DNA of 64,000 nt. Source: an uncultured Actinomycetes bacterium (lineage in GTDB: Bacteria; Actinomycetota; Thermoleophilia; UBA2241). The translations under genes were made by a program, and so were the position numbers. Positions within the stretch are counted from its first letter, which is position 1, and each line of letters starts with the position of its first letter. Location of the stretch: positions 160,001 through 224,000 of the forward strand of contig CAVWIH010000014.1 of NCBI GenBank assembly GCA_963755025.1, read 5' to 3'. The notes beneath the pieces were generated by a model. The model did not search any database, was not told the DNA's origin, and worked only from the letters and a program-made list of their open reading frames with translations. This document shows positions 18,863 to 29,930 of this stretch, one piece after another.

Positions 18863-21800
18863 TCAGACGCCGGCGCCGAGCCGGCGCGCCTCGCGGCCGC
18901 GCAGCCGCCAGGCGAATCCCGCGAGACGTGACTCGTCGAGCGGGTCGCCGTCGTTGTAGACAAAGAGCAGCGGGAACGCGGCGCCGCGGCGCAGCTGCGC
19001 CTCGCTGACCAGGGCCGGGCCGCAGCCGCGCGGCGAGACCACGACCACGCCGTCGACGGCCTGTGTGGACCAGGTGAGCAGGGCGCCGCCGATCGTGGGG
19101 ATCGACTCGCCGAACGGGTAGCCGTCGAACAGCGGCTCGCTGGCGCGCCAGACCTCGCCCACGTCGTGCCAGAAGACCCAGGGCTCGTGGGGGCGCACGA
19201 CGCCGAGCAGCCGCTTGACCACGTAGCGCATGAACTTGAGGGTCGCCAAGCGCTTGGCGCCCTGCCGCGTGGTCGCGCCGTGCTCGCGCGCGTCGCGCAG
19301 GGCGAGCAGCTCGAAGATCTCGCCGAACGGCTCGAAGATGACGCGCAAGCCCTGGTCTGAGAGCTTGCGCTGCAGGTCGTCGTTGCCCCACTCGTCGACG
19401 CGCAGGTAGATGTCGCCGCACAGAAAGACGGTGCGCAGGTCGTCGCGGGTCTCGCCGCCGCCGAGGGCGGCGAACTCGCGCGCGGCCTCGGCGACGAGCG
19501 CCTCGCAGCGCGAGAGCAGGGCGCGGGCGTCGCCCAGGCCCTTGACCTTGCCGGTCAGCCGCGGCGCCGCCAGCAACGCCTCGAGACGATCGGCGTAGGC
19601 GTGGTAGAGGGCGTCGGAGGCGCCCCGCCGGGGCTCCGTCGCGTAGTGGTAGAAGCGCAGCATGTTGAGCAGGTCGGCCGCCGCCGAGCCCACCCAGATC
19701 ACCGACGTCAGCGACCAGTCTTCGAACAGCAGGGTGAAGTCGGCCACCTCGACGGGCTTGTCGTAGCCGAGCCGCTCGAGCTGGATCTGCTGGGCGACCG
19801 GGAACAGGTTGGGGCGACAGGCCTGAAAGCCGCGGCCGATGCTCACGAACACGCAGCCGCCCTCGCCGATGGTGTCGCCGGCGCGCTCGAGGTAGTCGGC
19901 CAGCGTGCCCCAGATGAGCTGGTAGGGCAGGCATTCCTTTCCAGAACAGCCCTGACGCCCCCGGTCGAGGGCCTCGGGCGAAGTGGCGCCCACGAAACGC
20001 GCGTCGATGCCGGCGCCGCGCATGGCGGCGGCCGCGAAGCGGCCGCCGCTCCCGCCGATGTTGCCGAACACGAAGGTGCGCTCGCGGTTGTTGCGCAGCG
20101 ACAGCGCGACCGGCCGCTCGCAGCGCTCGAGGTGGCGGGGGTCGACGGCGCCGGGCAGAGCGCCCGCCCGGCCGCCGGCGTCGGGAGCGTCGGCGACGGC
20201 GCGCGCCTGCGCCTCGCGGTAGCCCCGCACGGCGTGCAGGAACGCCTGCACGCGGGTCACATAACCGGCGCTGCCGCCGTGGCCGTCGCTTTCGAGCACG
20301 GTGTGCGGGTAGGCCGAGAGCAGGTCGTCGAAGAGGTGCTCGACCAGCGAGTTCGGACCGCAGCCGTAGGCGCACAGCAGCAGCGGGAACACGTCGCCGG
20401 CGGCCGCCGCGGCGAGCGAAGCGCGCAGGGTCTCGCCGGCGCCGGCCCAGTGCACGCAGCGCAGGCCCGGCGCGGTCTCGTCGACGGGAAAGCAGTCGAG
20501 CGGCAGCGGCACCGCGCCGCTCGCCGCCACCAGGTCGTGGATGCCCGAGTTGATCACCGGGTCGTGGACCACGTGCACCTCGCCCACGATCAGCACGACC
20601 GGCACGCCCGCGGTGCGCGCGAAGCCGAGCGCGCGGTCGCCGATCTCGTGCAGGCCGCGCTGGTAGCGCTCCCACAAGTGCGCTCGCGCGGGCCTGAGCG
20701 GCGCGCACCGCCGCCGCGTCGTGCACGCCCAGAAGCCGGGCGGCCGCTTCGAGCTCGGCGAGCAGGCCGGCGTCGCCAAAGTCGTACGCCTTGGCGGCGA
20801 AGAACACCGGCCGCACCACAGGTGGCGCCCCGGCCTCGCCGGCCAGGGCGTGCTCGAGCATCTGCGGCGTGCCCTGGGCGATGGGGCAGGTGTAGGTGCC
20901 GGCCGCGCCGTGCGACGGCAGGTTGATGAACGCCGGCGCGAAGAGCGCGTCGAGCTTCGTCCCGTCGGCGGCCGCGGTCAGGCCGTGGGCGATCTTGACC
21001 GGCGCGCAGGCGCCCGGCGCCGCGCAGCGCCGGTCGCCCAGGGCCAGCGTCTCGACCGTCGGGCGCAGCACCTCGACCTCGGCCCCGAGCGCCGCCAGGA
21101 AGGCGGCGAAGAACGGCAGCGTGTCGAGAAGGTAGTGCGCCTGCGGCAGGCCGATGCGGCGGCCGGCCAGCGGGCCGGCCGCCGCATCGGCAACGCTCTC
21201 GGCCACGAGGGCCGCCAGCAGCTCGTCGCGCTCACGGTACGGGCTGGGGGCGTCCTTGGGCAGCTTGGCGCCCACCTCGGAACGGTCGTCGTACTTGGGG
21301 CAGTTGCCGCCGCTCACCACGCGGCGGCGTTCGCCGGCCACCTCGACGACCGCCGTCTCGAGCCGGCAGAGGTTGGCGCAGTGGCGGTCGCCGCAGCGGC
21401 CGCTCTTGCGCTCGACCACGCGCGCCGCCGCGAAGACGTCGAGGTCGACCGCGGCCAGATCGGCGGCGCTCGCGGCGCTCTGAGCGCTCGCGGGGATCGC
21501 GGGCGTTGCGGGGAGCGCGGCGCCGGCCCCGTCGGGGGCTGCGCCGGCCGCAGCGCCGCTTGCCTGCGCGGCGAGCAGGGCGATGCCCAGGGCGCCCATG
21601 GCGCCCGGGTCGGGCGGCACCACGACCTCGCGACCAGTGACCGCGGCCAGCGTGCGCGCCAGCGAGGGGTTCGCGGCCGGCTTGCCCTGAAAGAAGACGC
21701 GCTCCTCGAAGCGGCGGTCGCCCATCACGCGGCCGATGTAGTTCTTGATCACCGAGTACTGCAGCCCGGCGAAGATGTCGGGCCGCGTGAAGCCGTCGGA

Positions 21801-23450
21801 CAGCGCCTCGGCGGCGACGTCGGCGACGAACACGGTACAGGTCTGGCCGAGGTCGGGCGGATTGTCGGAGCGGGCCGCGAGGGCCCCAAACCCGGCGATG
21901 TCGTCGAGCCCGAAGGCGAGGGCCTGCTCCTCGAGGAACGAGCCCGTGCCGGCGCTGCAGACGCGGTTCATGTCGGATTCGGCCACGCGTCCGTCACGCA
22001 CGTTGATGAACTTGGCGTCCTGCCCGCCGATCTCGACGATCGAGAGGCTGCGGCCGCCGTCGGGGTCGAAGCGCACGGCGGCGGCGGCGTGCGCCACGAT
22101 CTCATTGAGCACGGTGAGGCCGGCCGCAAGGCCGGGGTAGGCGGCCCGCATGACGGTCGCCACGGCGTCGCGCCCCGACCCGGTCAGGCCGACCGCGACC
22201 ACCGTGTCGCGCGGCCGCGCCGCGCGCAGGTCGGCCACCAGGCGCTTGGCCGCTTCGACCGGGTTGCCGTCGGTGCGCCGGTACACGTCGGCCAGCACGG
22301 CGCCCGAGCGCGGTTCGATCAGCACACCTTTCGAGCCCGTCGAACCCAGGTCGAGGCCCAGCACGGCCGCCGCGGGGGGCGCAGCGGCGCCCGGCGCAGC
22401 GTTATCCGACGCAGCGGCGCCTGGCGCGGCGATGTCCGACGCGGCGGCGCCCGGCGCAGCGCTGGCCGATGCGTCGGCGCGTGGCGCGGCCGCCGCGGGC
22501 CGGCCGGTCGCCCGGTCATCGCCGAGCTGCACGACCGAGCCCGGACCGTCGGCCGCCGGAGTGAGGGCGCGCACCCTGACGCGGCGCTCGACCACCAGGT
22601 CTTCGGGCGCGGCAGGCCACTCGGCGCCGCTCCAGTCGCGCGCGGCGGCGAACTGCAGCGCGCCGAGCGCCTCGAACGCGCCGGCCTGCGCCGAGACCTC
22701 GACGGGCGCCGCGACGAGCTCGTCGAAGGCGGAGACGAGCGGACCGATCAGTGCGCCGTGGCCGATCAGCACGACCGGGCCGTCGACTTTTGTACGGTCG
22801 TAGAGCGCGTGCACGTTACGCGCCACGCTCTCGAACAGTCCACGAAAGAGGCGGCCGTGGTCCTCGCCTTGATTAGCGAAGTGCGTGAGCTCGCTCTTGG
22901 CAAAGACGGCGCAGCGCGAGGTGACGGTGATGCCGCGGTCGGCCGCGGCGGCGAGGGCGATGGCTTGCTCGAGGCCGCATCCGAGCCGGCCACACAGGCC
23001 CTCGACGGTCTCGCCGGTGCCCGCCGAGCAGCGCTCGTTGCGCTCGTAGTCGATGCGGCCCGCAGCGTCGCGCGTGAGCACCGAGTAGCCGCTGCCGCCG
23101 ATGCGCACCACGGTCAGGGCGCCCTCGGCGCCGTAGAGGGCGCGCGCCGCCCACTCCTGCGCGATCTCTTCGGGGATGCCGCCGAGCGCGGGCGCCGTCA
23201 GGCGGTCGCCAAAGGCCCCCGCCGCCACGACGCCCGCGACCCGCGCGGCGCCGAGCGCGCGATACAGGGCGAAGAAGGGCGCCAGCGGCTCGCCGTGGTG
23301 GCGCGCGGCGCTCGAGCCCTCGACCGAGAGGACGCCGTCGGCGCCGACGCTACCCCAGGCGAGCGACGTCGTGACCTTGCCGGCGTCGAGCCCGATGAGC
23401 AGGCGCGGCGCACCGTCGGCGGGCGCGGGAGGCGTGGCGAAGGACTGCAT
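18863..23450 (-). CDS. Large CoA-substrate enzyme activase (2 x BadFG/HgdC ATPase plus DUF2229/dehydratase-like domains), frameshift near 20690
   Basis: GLDAGK, NERCSAGTG, RCAVFAKSE; GLDLGSTGSK, MNRVCSAGTG, CTVF; Cys cluster CGDRHCANLC...GNCPKY; CAPVKIAHG, YGCGP, KECLPY and PRGCGP. Confidence 0.88.
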
Positions 23451-23456
23451 GTGCGT

Positions 23457-23462
23457 AGTCTA
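23457..23462 (-). promoter_or_regulatory. -10 box (TAGACT) of a leaderless activase transcript
   Basis: TAGACT lies 6 bp upstream of the ATG at 23450, with no RBS. Confidence 0.5.
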
Positions 23463-23577
23463 CGACGAGCGACGGCCCACCGCCCCCCACGACCTATACT
23501 TGAGACCCGGCCAGAATGGGAAGCAGGTAGTACGTGACCGCCGCGGGTGGCCACCACAACGACCGAGGGAGGACCTC

Positions 23578-24150
23578 ATGGAGACACAACAGGCAGACGA
23601 CCCGAAGGATTATCTCGACAGGATCGGCGCATCGTGGGGCTGGCTGCTGGCCTTCTCCCTCGCCACGCTGGTCCTCGGCGTCATGGTGATGGCATGGCCT
23701 CACGCGACCATCAAGCTGGTCGCGCTGCTGTTCGGCCTGCAGCTCCTGATAGGCGGCGTCTTCTCGCTCGTGCGTGCCTTCACCGACCGCGGCGAGAGCT
23801 CGCGCGTGCTGCTCGCAGTGCTCGGCATCCTGGGCATCGTCGTCGGCATCTTCGTCTTGCGGCACCTGTTCGAGACCGTGGTCATCATGGTCGTGCTGCT
23901 GGGCGTCTACTGGGTGCTGCACGGCGTCATCGAGTTCTTCGTGGCCGTCGACCACAAGGGCGCGCCGGCGCGCGGCGTGAGCATCGTCGCCGGCATCCTG
24001 AGCTTCGTCGCCGGCGTCGTCGTGCTGTCCTGGCCGGCGCCCACCTTGCTGGTGCTGGTCTGGGTGCTCGGCGTCTGGCTCGTGGTCTACGGCCTGGTCG
24101 GTATCGCCGGCGCCTTCATCGTGCGGCACGCGCTCAAGGCGGCGGCCTGA
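23578..24150 (+). CDS. HdeD/DUF308 family membrane protein
   Basis: Repeated DUF308-like units (WGWLLAFSLATLVLGVMVMAWP...). RBS GGAGG. Confidence 0.88.
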   Translation: METQQADDPKDYLDRIGASWGWLLAFSLATLVLGVMVMAWPHATIKLVALLFGLQLLIGGVFSLVRAFTDRGESSRVLLAVLGILGIVVGIFVLRHLFETVVIMVVLLGVYWVLHGVIEFFVAVDHKGAPARGVSIVAGILSFVAGVVVLSWPAPTLLVLVWVLGVWLVVYGLVGIAGAFIVRHALKAAA

Positions 24151-24226
24151 CGGCGCGCCGCAAGGCCTGACGGCGCGCTGCAAGGGTCGGCGGCTGCAAG
24201 GGCCGGCAGCTACAAGGGCCGGCGGC
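24144..24226. repeat. Tandem 20-bp (x2) and 16-bp (x2.5) repeats starting at a stop codon
   Basis: GGCCTGACGGCGCGC(C/T)GCAA x2, then GGG(T/C)CGGC(G/A)GCT(G/A)CAA units. Confidence 0.7.
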
Positions 24227-24281
24227 CGGCTCTCAGTGGGTTCTCAGGCGCCTGCTTGGGCGAGGGCCGCCAGGACCGGGG

Positions 24282-25652
24282 TCACTCGCGCGCCGGGAGC
24301 GTCGCGAGGAACAGCGTCTCGGCCACGATGCAGCGCTCCAGTTCGGCCAGGTCGACGCTCTCGTTGGCCCCGTGGATATGGCTCAGCGGCTCTTCGGCGC
24401 CCCACAAGATGATCTCGGCGGCGGGCGCCGCCGCGTGGAACGCCGCGACCAGCGGAATCGAGCCGCCCATGCCGTAGTACGACACGGGCACGCCATACGC
24501 CGTCTGGAGGGCCTGCGCCGCGGCGGCGTAGGCGGGTCCGTCGGTGCGCGCCGCGAAGCCCTCGCCCCCGCCGGCGTTGGTGAAGACGAGCACGGCGCGC
24601 CACGGGGCGACCGCCTGCAGGTGGCGCACGACCGCCTCTCGGGCGACGGCGGGGTCGAGACCGGGCGGCACCCGCACCGTCACTGCCGCCCGGGCGCGGG
24701 GCGCCACGACGTTCGCGGCGCCCTCGACCGCGGGCGCGTCGATGCCGATCACCGTGATGGCCGGGCGGCTGAAGAGCTGCTCGGCGATGTTGCCTGAGCC
24801 GGCGAGCGCGACGCCCGCGAGCACGCCGGCGTCGCGCCGGAACGCCGGCTCGTCGTAGTTCGCGCCGTCGTAGGGGACCGCCTCGAGCCCCTTCACGGCG
24901 ACGTTGCCGACCGCGTCGTGGAGCGTGGCCAGCATGCCGATCAGCGCGGCCAGCGCGTCGGGCGCGGGACCGCCGTAGACGCCGCTGTGGATCGGGCCCG
25001 CCAGCGTGCGCACCTCGATCAGGATCTTGGCCATGCCGCGCAGCGACGTCGTGAGCGTGGGCCGGCCGACGGCCCGGTTACCGGCGTCGGCGATCACGAT
25101 GGCGTCGGCCGCGGCCAGGTCGGGACGAGCGCGCACCAGCTCCTCGATGCCCGTCCGGCCGGTCTCCTCGGCCCCCTCGATCAGCACGTTGACCCCGACG
25201 CGCAGGTCGTCGCCCAGCGCGCGCAGCGCCGCGGCGTGCAGCACGATGCCCGACTTGTCGTCGGCGGCGCCGCGACCGAACAGGCGGCCGTCGCGCTCGA
25301 CCGGCTCAAACGGCGGGCTCGTCCAGTCGGCCTCGACGCCGGCGGGCTGCACGTCGTAGTGACCGTAGAGCAGCACCGTCGGAGCGCCGGGCGCCGCGGG
25401 GCGCCGGGCGAACACGGCCGGCGGCGAGCCGGGCACGTCGAGCAGGCGCACGTCGGGCATGCCGGCCCCGCGGAGGATCTCTGTGACGGCCTCGGCGGCG
25501 GCCGCCAGCGGCTCGGCCGGGAACCCGTCGAGAGCCACGGAAGGAATGCGTACGAGCCGCTCCAGGTCAGCGCGCGCGGCCGGCAGGCCGCGCGTCACGC
25601 GGCGGCGCAGCTCGTCGGCTGACGGCTTCGCCGCGCCGACGACGTCGCTCAT
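24282..25652 (-). CDS. M20/M25/M40 family metallo-dipeptidase
   Basis: [26 protein letters not shown] and HGANE. Confidence 0.92.
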   Translation of the reverse strand: MSDVVGAAKPSADELRRRVTRGLPAARADLERLVRIPSVALDGFPAEPLAAAAEAVTEILRGAGMPDVRLLDVPGSPPAVFARRPAAPGAPTVLLYGHYDVQPAGVEADWTSPPFEPVERDGRLFGRGAADDKSGIVLHAAALRALGDDLRVGVNVLIEGAEETGRTGIEELVRARPDLAAADAIVIADAGNRAVGRPTLTTSLRGMAKILIEVRTLAGPIHSGVYGGPAPDALAALIGMLATLHDAVGNVAVKGLEAVPYDGANYDEPAFRRDAGVLAGVALAGSGNIAEQLFSRPAITVIGIDAPAVEGAANVVAPRARAAVTVRVPPGLDPAVAREAVVRHLQAVAPWRAVLVFTNAGGGEGFAARTDGPAYAAAAQALQTAYGVPVSYYGMGGSIPLVAAFHAAAPAAEIILWGAEEPLSHIHGANESVDLAELERCIVAETLFLATLPARE

Positions 25653-25788
25653 GCCGGCCTCGCGGCCCGGCGGCCGGCGCTAGCGTATCGCCCACGCGCC
25701 GGCGGCCGGGCGCCCACGGCGCGGCCCAGGGCGGCGCGGCCCAGGGCGGCGTAGCTCGTCGCGGCCGCGGACACCTGCGGCAGACCTT

Positions 25789-26400
25789 TCAGCGCGCCGC
25801 CACGGCGACCGCTCGCTGCCGCCAGTCCAGCACGTGTTCGTCTTCGAGGATCAGCAGTGCGGCTTCGCCGGGCCCGACCGCCACATGGTGCGGCAGGCGC
25901 AGCTCGGTCAGGCACCAGTCGGTCTCGCGACCATCGTCGATCAGCACAGTGCGACAGCCGGCGCGCACGCCGCCCTCGACCTGGTCGAGGGTATCGCCGA
26001 TCATCCACGAGCGCTCCATGTCGATGCCGTACTTGCGGCCCGCTCGCGTGAGCAGGCCGGGCCGCGGCAGGCGGCACACGCAGTCTACCGCGTAGCCCCG
26101 CCGCACGCCGTGCGGGTCGTGCGGGCAGTACGAGAAGCCGGTGAGCGCGACGTTCTCGGCCGCCAGCAGCTCCTCGAGCCGCAGGCCCACCGCCTCGAGC
26201 TCGCGTTCTTCGAACTGGGCGCGCGCGACGCCGGGTTCGGTGCCCACGATGTAGAACAGAAACCCCGCTCCGCGCAGCAGCCGCAGACCGGCACCCACCC
26301 CGTCGACCAGTCGCAAGCCGGCGGGTCCGCTGCCGGGCGTCTCGCTGCGGACGATACAGTCCTTGGCCAGAAAGACGGCCTTGTGTGCGTTCATCAGCAT
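25789..26400 (-). CDS. GmhB-like HAD-IIIA protein with degenerate catalytic residues
   Basis: GmhB scaffold with Zn motif CPH...CVC, but motif I reads FLAKDC rather than FLDxDG. Confidence 0.8.
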   Translation of the reverse strand: MLMNAHKAVFLAKDCIVRSETPGSGPAGLRLVDGVGAGLRLLRGAGFLFYIVGTEPGVARAQFEERELEAVGLRLEELLAAENVALTGFSYCPHDPHGVRRGYAVDCVCRLPRPGLLTRAGRKYGIDMERSWMIGDTLDQVEGGVRAGCRTVLIDDGRETDWCLTELRLPHHVAVGPGEAALLILEDEHVLDWRQRAVAVAAR

Positions 26401-26570
26401 CTCCCGCGCTCACCCGCGAAGGCGCCGGTCCGGCGGCGCCTCCGCGGTCACTCCCTCTCAAAACCAAGGCGGCGGCACCGTACCGCGACCTGCGCAAAGC
26501 CGGCCCTGCATGCCACGCAACCGGTCGGCCGCCGCAGGCGGCGCCGCATCGTCCCCACGGGCACGTGGGT

Positions 26571-26614
26571 TGCCGCCGCAGGCCGCACGCAAACCGTTGC
26601 GCCCTGCGGCGGCA
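26571..26614 (-). terminator. GC-rich stem-loop downstream of the EamA gene
   Basis: TGCCGCCGCAGG / CCTGCGGCGGCA, a 12-bp stem 15 bp past the stop at 26629. Confidence 0.5.
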
Positions 26615-26628
26615 GCCGCGAGGGAGCT

Positions 26629-27480
26629 TCAGCGGGCCGCGATCACGGCGACCCCGGCGAGGGCCGCCAGGACGCCGAAGAGCTGGCGGCGCTCCAGGCG
26701 CTCGCGCAGCACGACGTAGGCCAGCACCACGGTGGTGACCGGGTACAGCGAGCCGATCACCCCGACGATGCTCAGGTAGCCCTGCGTGGTGGCCAGCGAG
26801 AACAGCCCGTTGGCGGCCGTGTCGAAGATGCCGACGGCCACGATCCCGGGCAGGGCCGCGCGCTTCAGGCCGATCCGCGGCCGCAGCACCAGCAGGACGA
26901 TGGCGAAGAAGCAGGCCGAAGAGATGCGCCCGCCGAGCATGGCCCACAGGGCGTCGTGCTTGGCCGTCTGGTCGTAACCGATCAGCATGAGACCGATACC
27001 GGCCGCCGCGACGACCGCGAGCAGCGCCGCGCGGCGCTGCGTGGCCCTGTGCGCCGCGGGAGCGTCGCGGCGCGGGCGCTCGATGGTCACGACCAGCACG
27101 CCGGCGACGGCCACCGCCACCCCGACCAACTGCCACAGGCCGGGACGCTCGCCGGCGGCGATGCCCCAGGCGAAGGGCACCAGCGCGCTGGTGGCGGTGA
27201 TCGGCGCGACGATGCTCATCGTGCCGATGGCGAGCGCCTTGTAGAAGGCCATGAGGGCGATGCTGCCGGCGATGCTGCCGAGCAGGACCGGCCAGAGGCC
27301 GGCGAAGCCGATCCACGGCCGGCCGGCCAGGATCACGACGGCGATGGCGCCGGTCAGCCCCACCACCTGGCTGCCCAGGATGACGGCCCACAACGTGGCG
27401 CGGCGCGTGGTCAGGCCGCCGAGGAAGTCCCCCGAACCCCAGCAGAGCGATGCGGAAAGCGCCAGTGCGACGGCCAGCAT
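26629..27480 (-). CDS. EamA/DMT family transporter
   Basis: WGSGDFLGG, YKALAIGTMSIVAP and SLYPVTTVVLA...LRERL. Confidence 0.9.
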   Translation of the reverse strand: MLAVALALSASLCWGSGDFLGGLTTRRATLWAVILGSQVVGLTGAIAVVILAGRPWIGFAGLWPVLLGSIAGSIALMAFYKALAIGTMSIVAPITATSALVPFAWGIAAGERPGLWQLVGVAVAVAGVLVVTIERPRRDAPAAHRATQRRAALLAVVAAAGIGLMLIGYDQTAKHDALWAMLGGRISSACFFAIVLLVLRPRIGLKRAALPGIVAVGIFDTAANGLFSLATTQGYLSIVGVIGSLYPVTTVVLAYVVLRERLERRQLFGVLAALAGVAVIAAR

Positions 27481-27620
27481 GACGGGAGGCTATCAGAGGT
27501 CCGCCGCCAACGGCCGCCCGCGTTTCGGGTCGGACCGCGCGGCAACAAACCCTGGAGTCGCCGGGGCTGGTGGGTCTCCGCGCGGCGAGTCATGCAAACG
27601 TTTCCCGGGGAGGTAGTCGG

Positions 27621-28346
27621 ATGGCGACCACGATCGACGAGATCGCGCCCGACATCTTTCGCATCTCGACCTACGTCGCGGCCGGCGACCTCGGCTTCGC
27701 CCAGTTCCTGGTGCGCGACGAGCACCCCCTCCTGTACCACACCGGCATGAAGCGGCTCTTCGACGACGTCCACGCCGCCGTGGCGCGGCTGATCGACCCG
27801 GCCACGCTCGGCTGGATCGGCTTCAGCCACTTCGAGGTCGACGAGTGCGGAGCGCTCAACGAGTGGCTGGCGGCGGCGCCGGCCGCCGTGCCCGTCTGCA
27901 GCGAGACCTGCCGCCTCGTCAACATGGCCGACTTCGCCGCGCGCCCGGCTCGCGGGCTGGCCGACCACCAGGCCATCGCCACCGGCGGCCACAGGCTGCG
28001 CTTCCACCAGACGCCCCACCTGCCCCACGGCTGGGGAGCGGGCCACCTGTTCGACGAGACCACCCGCACATTGCTCTGTTCGGACATCCTCCACCAAGCC
28101 GGCGACCGGCCGGCCCTCACCCACGACGACGTGGTCGACGACGCGCGGCGCACGCTCGCCGGCTACGAGGGCACGCCGCTCAAGGGCTACGTGCCCCTCA
28201 CGAGCCGGACCGACCGGTTCCTGCGCGAGCTGGCCAGCCTCGAGCCGACCACGCTGGCCACCATGCACGGCTCGACCTATGTGGGTGACGGCAGCGCCGC
28301 GCTGCTCGCCTACCGCGACACCCTCGACGAGCTCTTCGACGGGTAG
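27621..28346 (+). CDS. Stand-alone FprA/ODP-like metallo-beta-lactamase-fold di-iron protein
   Basis: SHFEVDECG, PHLPHGW, CSDI and ATMHGS. No flavodoxin domain. Confidence 0.82.
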   Translation: MATTIDEIAPDIFRISTYVAAGDLGFAQFLVRDEHPLLYHTGMKRLFDDVHAAVARLIDPATLGWIGFSHFEVDECGALNEWLAAAPAAVPVCSETCRLVNMADFAARPARGLADHQAIATGGHRLRFHQTPHLPHGWGAGHLFDETTRTLLCSDILHQAGDRPALTHDDVVDDARRTLAGYEGTPLKGYVPLTSRTDRFLRELASLEPTTLATMHGSTYVGDGSAALLAYRDTLDELFDG

Positions 28347-28351
28347 CGAGT

Positions 28352-28395
28352 GAGGCACGGCTGCCGTGCGAGGCACGTTGCCGTGTGAGGCGCGG
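28352..28395. repeat. 2.5 x 17-18-bp palindromic units between convergent genes
   Basis: GAGGCACGGCTGCCGTGC / GAGGCACGTTGCCGTGT / GAGGCGCGG. Confidence 0.65.
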
Positions 28396-28448
28396 GCCAA
28401 GCGCCGGCGAGGCGAAGAAGGCGGCGCCGCAGCCCTCTCCGGCCGGCG

Positions 28449-29930
28449 CTAGTCGGCAGCCGCGAACTGCCTGACCGCCTCGACCGCGCGCTGCCAGCGC
28501 CCCAGCAGCCGCGCCCGGTCGATGGCCGGATCGGGCACGAAGCGGCGCCCCGCCCGGTGCATCGCGGCGAGCTCGTCGTCGCGCCAGAAGCCCACCGCCA
28601 GTCCGGCCAGAGCGGCCGCTCCGAGCGCGGTGCACTCGGGTTCGGCCGCACGCACGACCTCGAGGCCGCAGATGTCGGCCTGGAACTGCAGCAGCGCGTC
28701 GCTGGCCGAAGCGCCGCCGTCGACGCGCAGCTCGACCGGCTCGAGACCCGAGTCGGCCGCCGTGGCGGCGACCAGGTCGGCGACCTCGAAGGCGATGCCC
28801 TCGAGCACCGCCCTGGCGAGGTGCGCCGGCGTGGCCCCCAGCGTGAGGCCGAAGAAGGCGCCGCGTGCCGCCGGGTCCCAGTGCGGCGCGCCGAGGCCGG
28901 CGAGGGCGGGCACGAAGACCCCGCCCTCGCCGGCCCCCACCTGCGCGGCGAGCTCGCTGGCCTGTTCGGACGACGAGACCACGCCCAGGCCGTCGCGCAG
29001 CCAGCCGACGGCCGCGCCGCCCACGAAGGCGCTGCCCTCGAGGGCGTAGGTCGGCGTGCCGCCGCGCTGCACGGCCACGGTGGTGAGCAGGCGGTTGCGC
29101 GAGGCGACGGGGTCGGCGCCGGTGTGGGTCAGCAGGAAGCAGCCGGTGCCGTAGGTGAGCTTCGCCTGGCCGGCGCCGTGGCAGCCGTGGCCGAAGAGGG
29201 CCGCCTGCTGGTCGCCGCACAGCGCCGCGATGGGCAGCGCGACGCCGAACAGGCCGGGGTCGGTCTCGCCGATCACGGCGCTCGTGTCGACCACGGTCGG
29301 CAGCAGCTCGCGCGGCACGCCGAACAGCTCGAGGAGCTCGTCGTCCCAGGCGCCCGCGGCGATGTCGTACAGCAGCGTGCGCGAGGCATTGGTCGCGTCG
29401 GTCACGTGCAGGCGCCTGCCCGTCAGGTTCCAGGCGAGCCACGAGTCGACGGTGCCGCCGGCGAGCTCGCCGCGCCGCGCGCGCCGCAGCCCGTCGGGCA
29501 CGTGGTCCAAGATCCAGCGCAGCTTGGTCGCCGTGAAGTAGGGATCGAGCACGAGACCGGTCTTGCGCCGCACCAGCGCCTCGTGGCCCGCGTCGGCCAG
29601 CGCGCGACACGTGGCGGCGGTGCGGCGGTCCTGCCAGACGATCGCCGGAGCCACCGGGGCGCCCGTCGCGCGCTCCCAGACGACGGCGGTCTCGCGCTGG
29701 TTGGCAAGACCGACCGCGGCGATGCCCGACGCCCCGCCGGGACGTTCGGCCAGCACCGTGCGCGCCGTGTCGAGCTGCGCCTGCCACAGGGCGAGCGGGT
29801 CTTGCTCGACCCAGCCCGCCGCGGGATAGGTCTGGCCGACGGCCTGCTGCGCGCTGGCCACGATGCGCCCGTCGTGATCGACCAGCAGCGTGCGCGAGCT
29901 CGTGGTGCCCTGGTCGAGCGCCAGGATCAT
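28449..29930 (-). CDS. glpK: Glycerol kinase
   Basis: MILALDQGTTSSR, ANQRET, WQDRRT, GDQQAALFG, KLTYGTGCF and LRVDGGAS. Confidence 0.95.
   Translation of the reverse strand: MILALDQGTTSSRTLLVDHDGRIVASAQQAVGQTYPAAGWVEQDPLALWQAQLDTARTVLAERPGGASGIAAVGLANQRETAVVWERATGAPVAPAIVWQDRRTAATCRALADAGHEALVRRKTGLVLDPYFTATKLRWILDHVPDGLRRARRGELAGGTVDSWLAWNLTGRRLHVTDATNASRTLLYDIAAGAWDDELLELFGVPRELLPTVVDTSAVIGETDPGLFGVALPIAALCGDQQAALFGHGCHGAGQAKLTYGTGCFLLTHTGADPVASRNRLLTTVAVQRGGTPTYALEGSAFVGGAAVGWLRDGLGVVSSSEQASELAAQVGAGEGGVFVPALAGLGAPHWDPAARGAFFGLTLGATPAHLARAVLEGIAFEVADLVAATAADSGLEPVELRVDGGASASDALLQFQADICGLEVVRAAEPECTALGAAALAGLAVGFWRDDELAAMHRAGRRFVPDPAIDRARLLGRWQRAVEAVRQFAAAD

Noticed and set aside
26455-26540. 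c-di-GMP-I riboswitch-like GCAAAGCC segment
   Set aside because: It lacks the preceding GNRA hairpin and is on the strand opposite to both flanking genes.
27481-27620. Riboswitch in the EamA/MBL divergent spacer
   Set aside because: Several short GC stems are present, but I could not match them to SAH, guanidine, SAM or ZTP consensus sequences. An Rfam cmscan would settle it.
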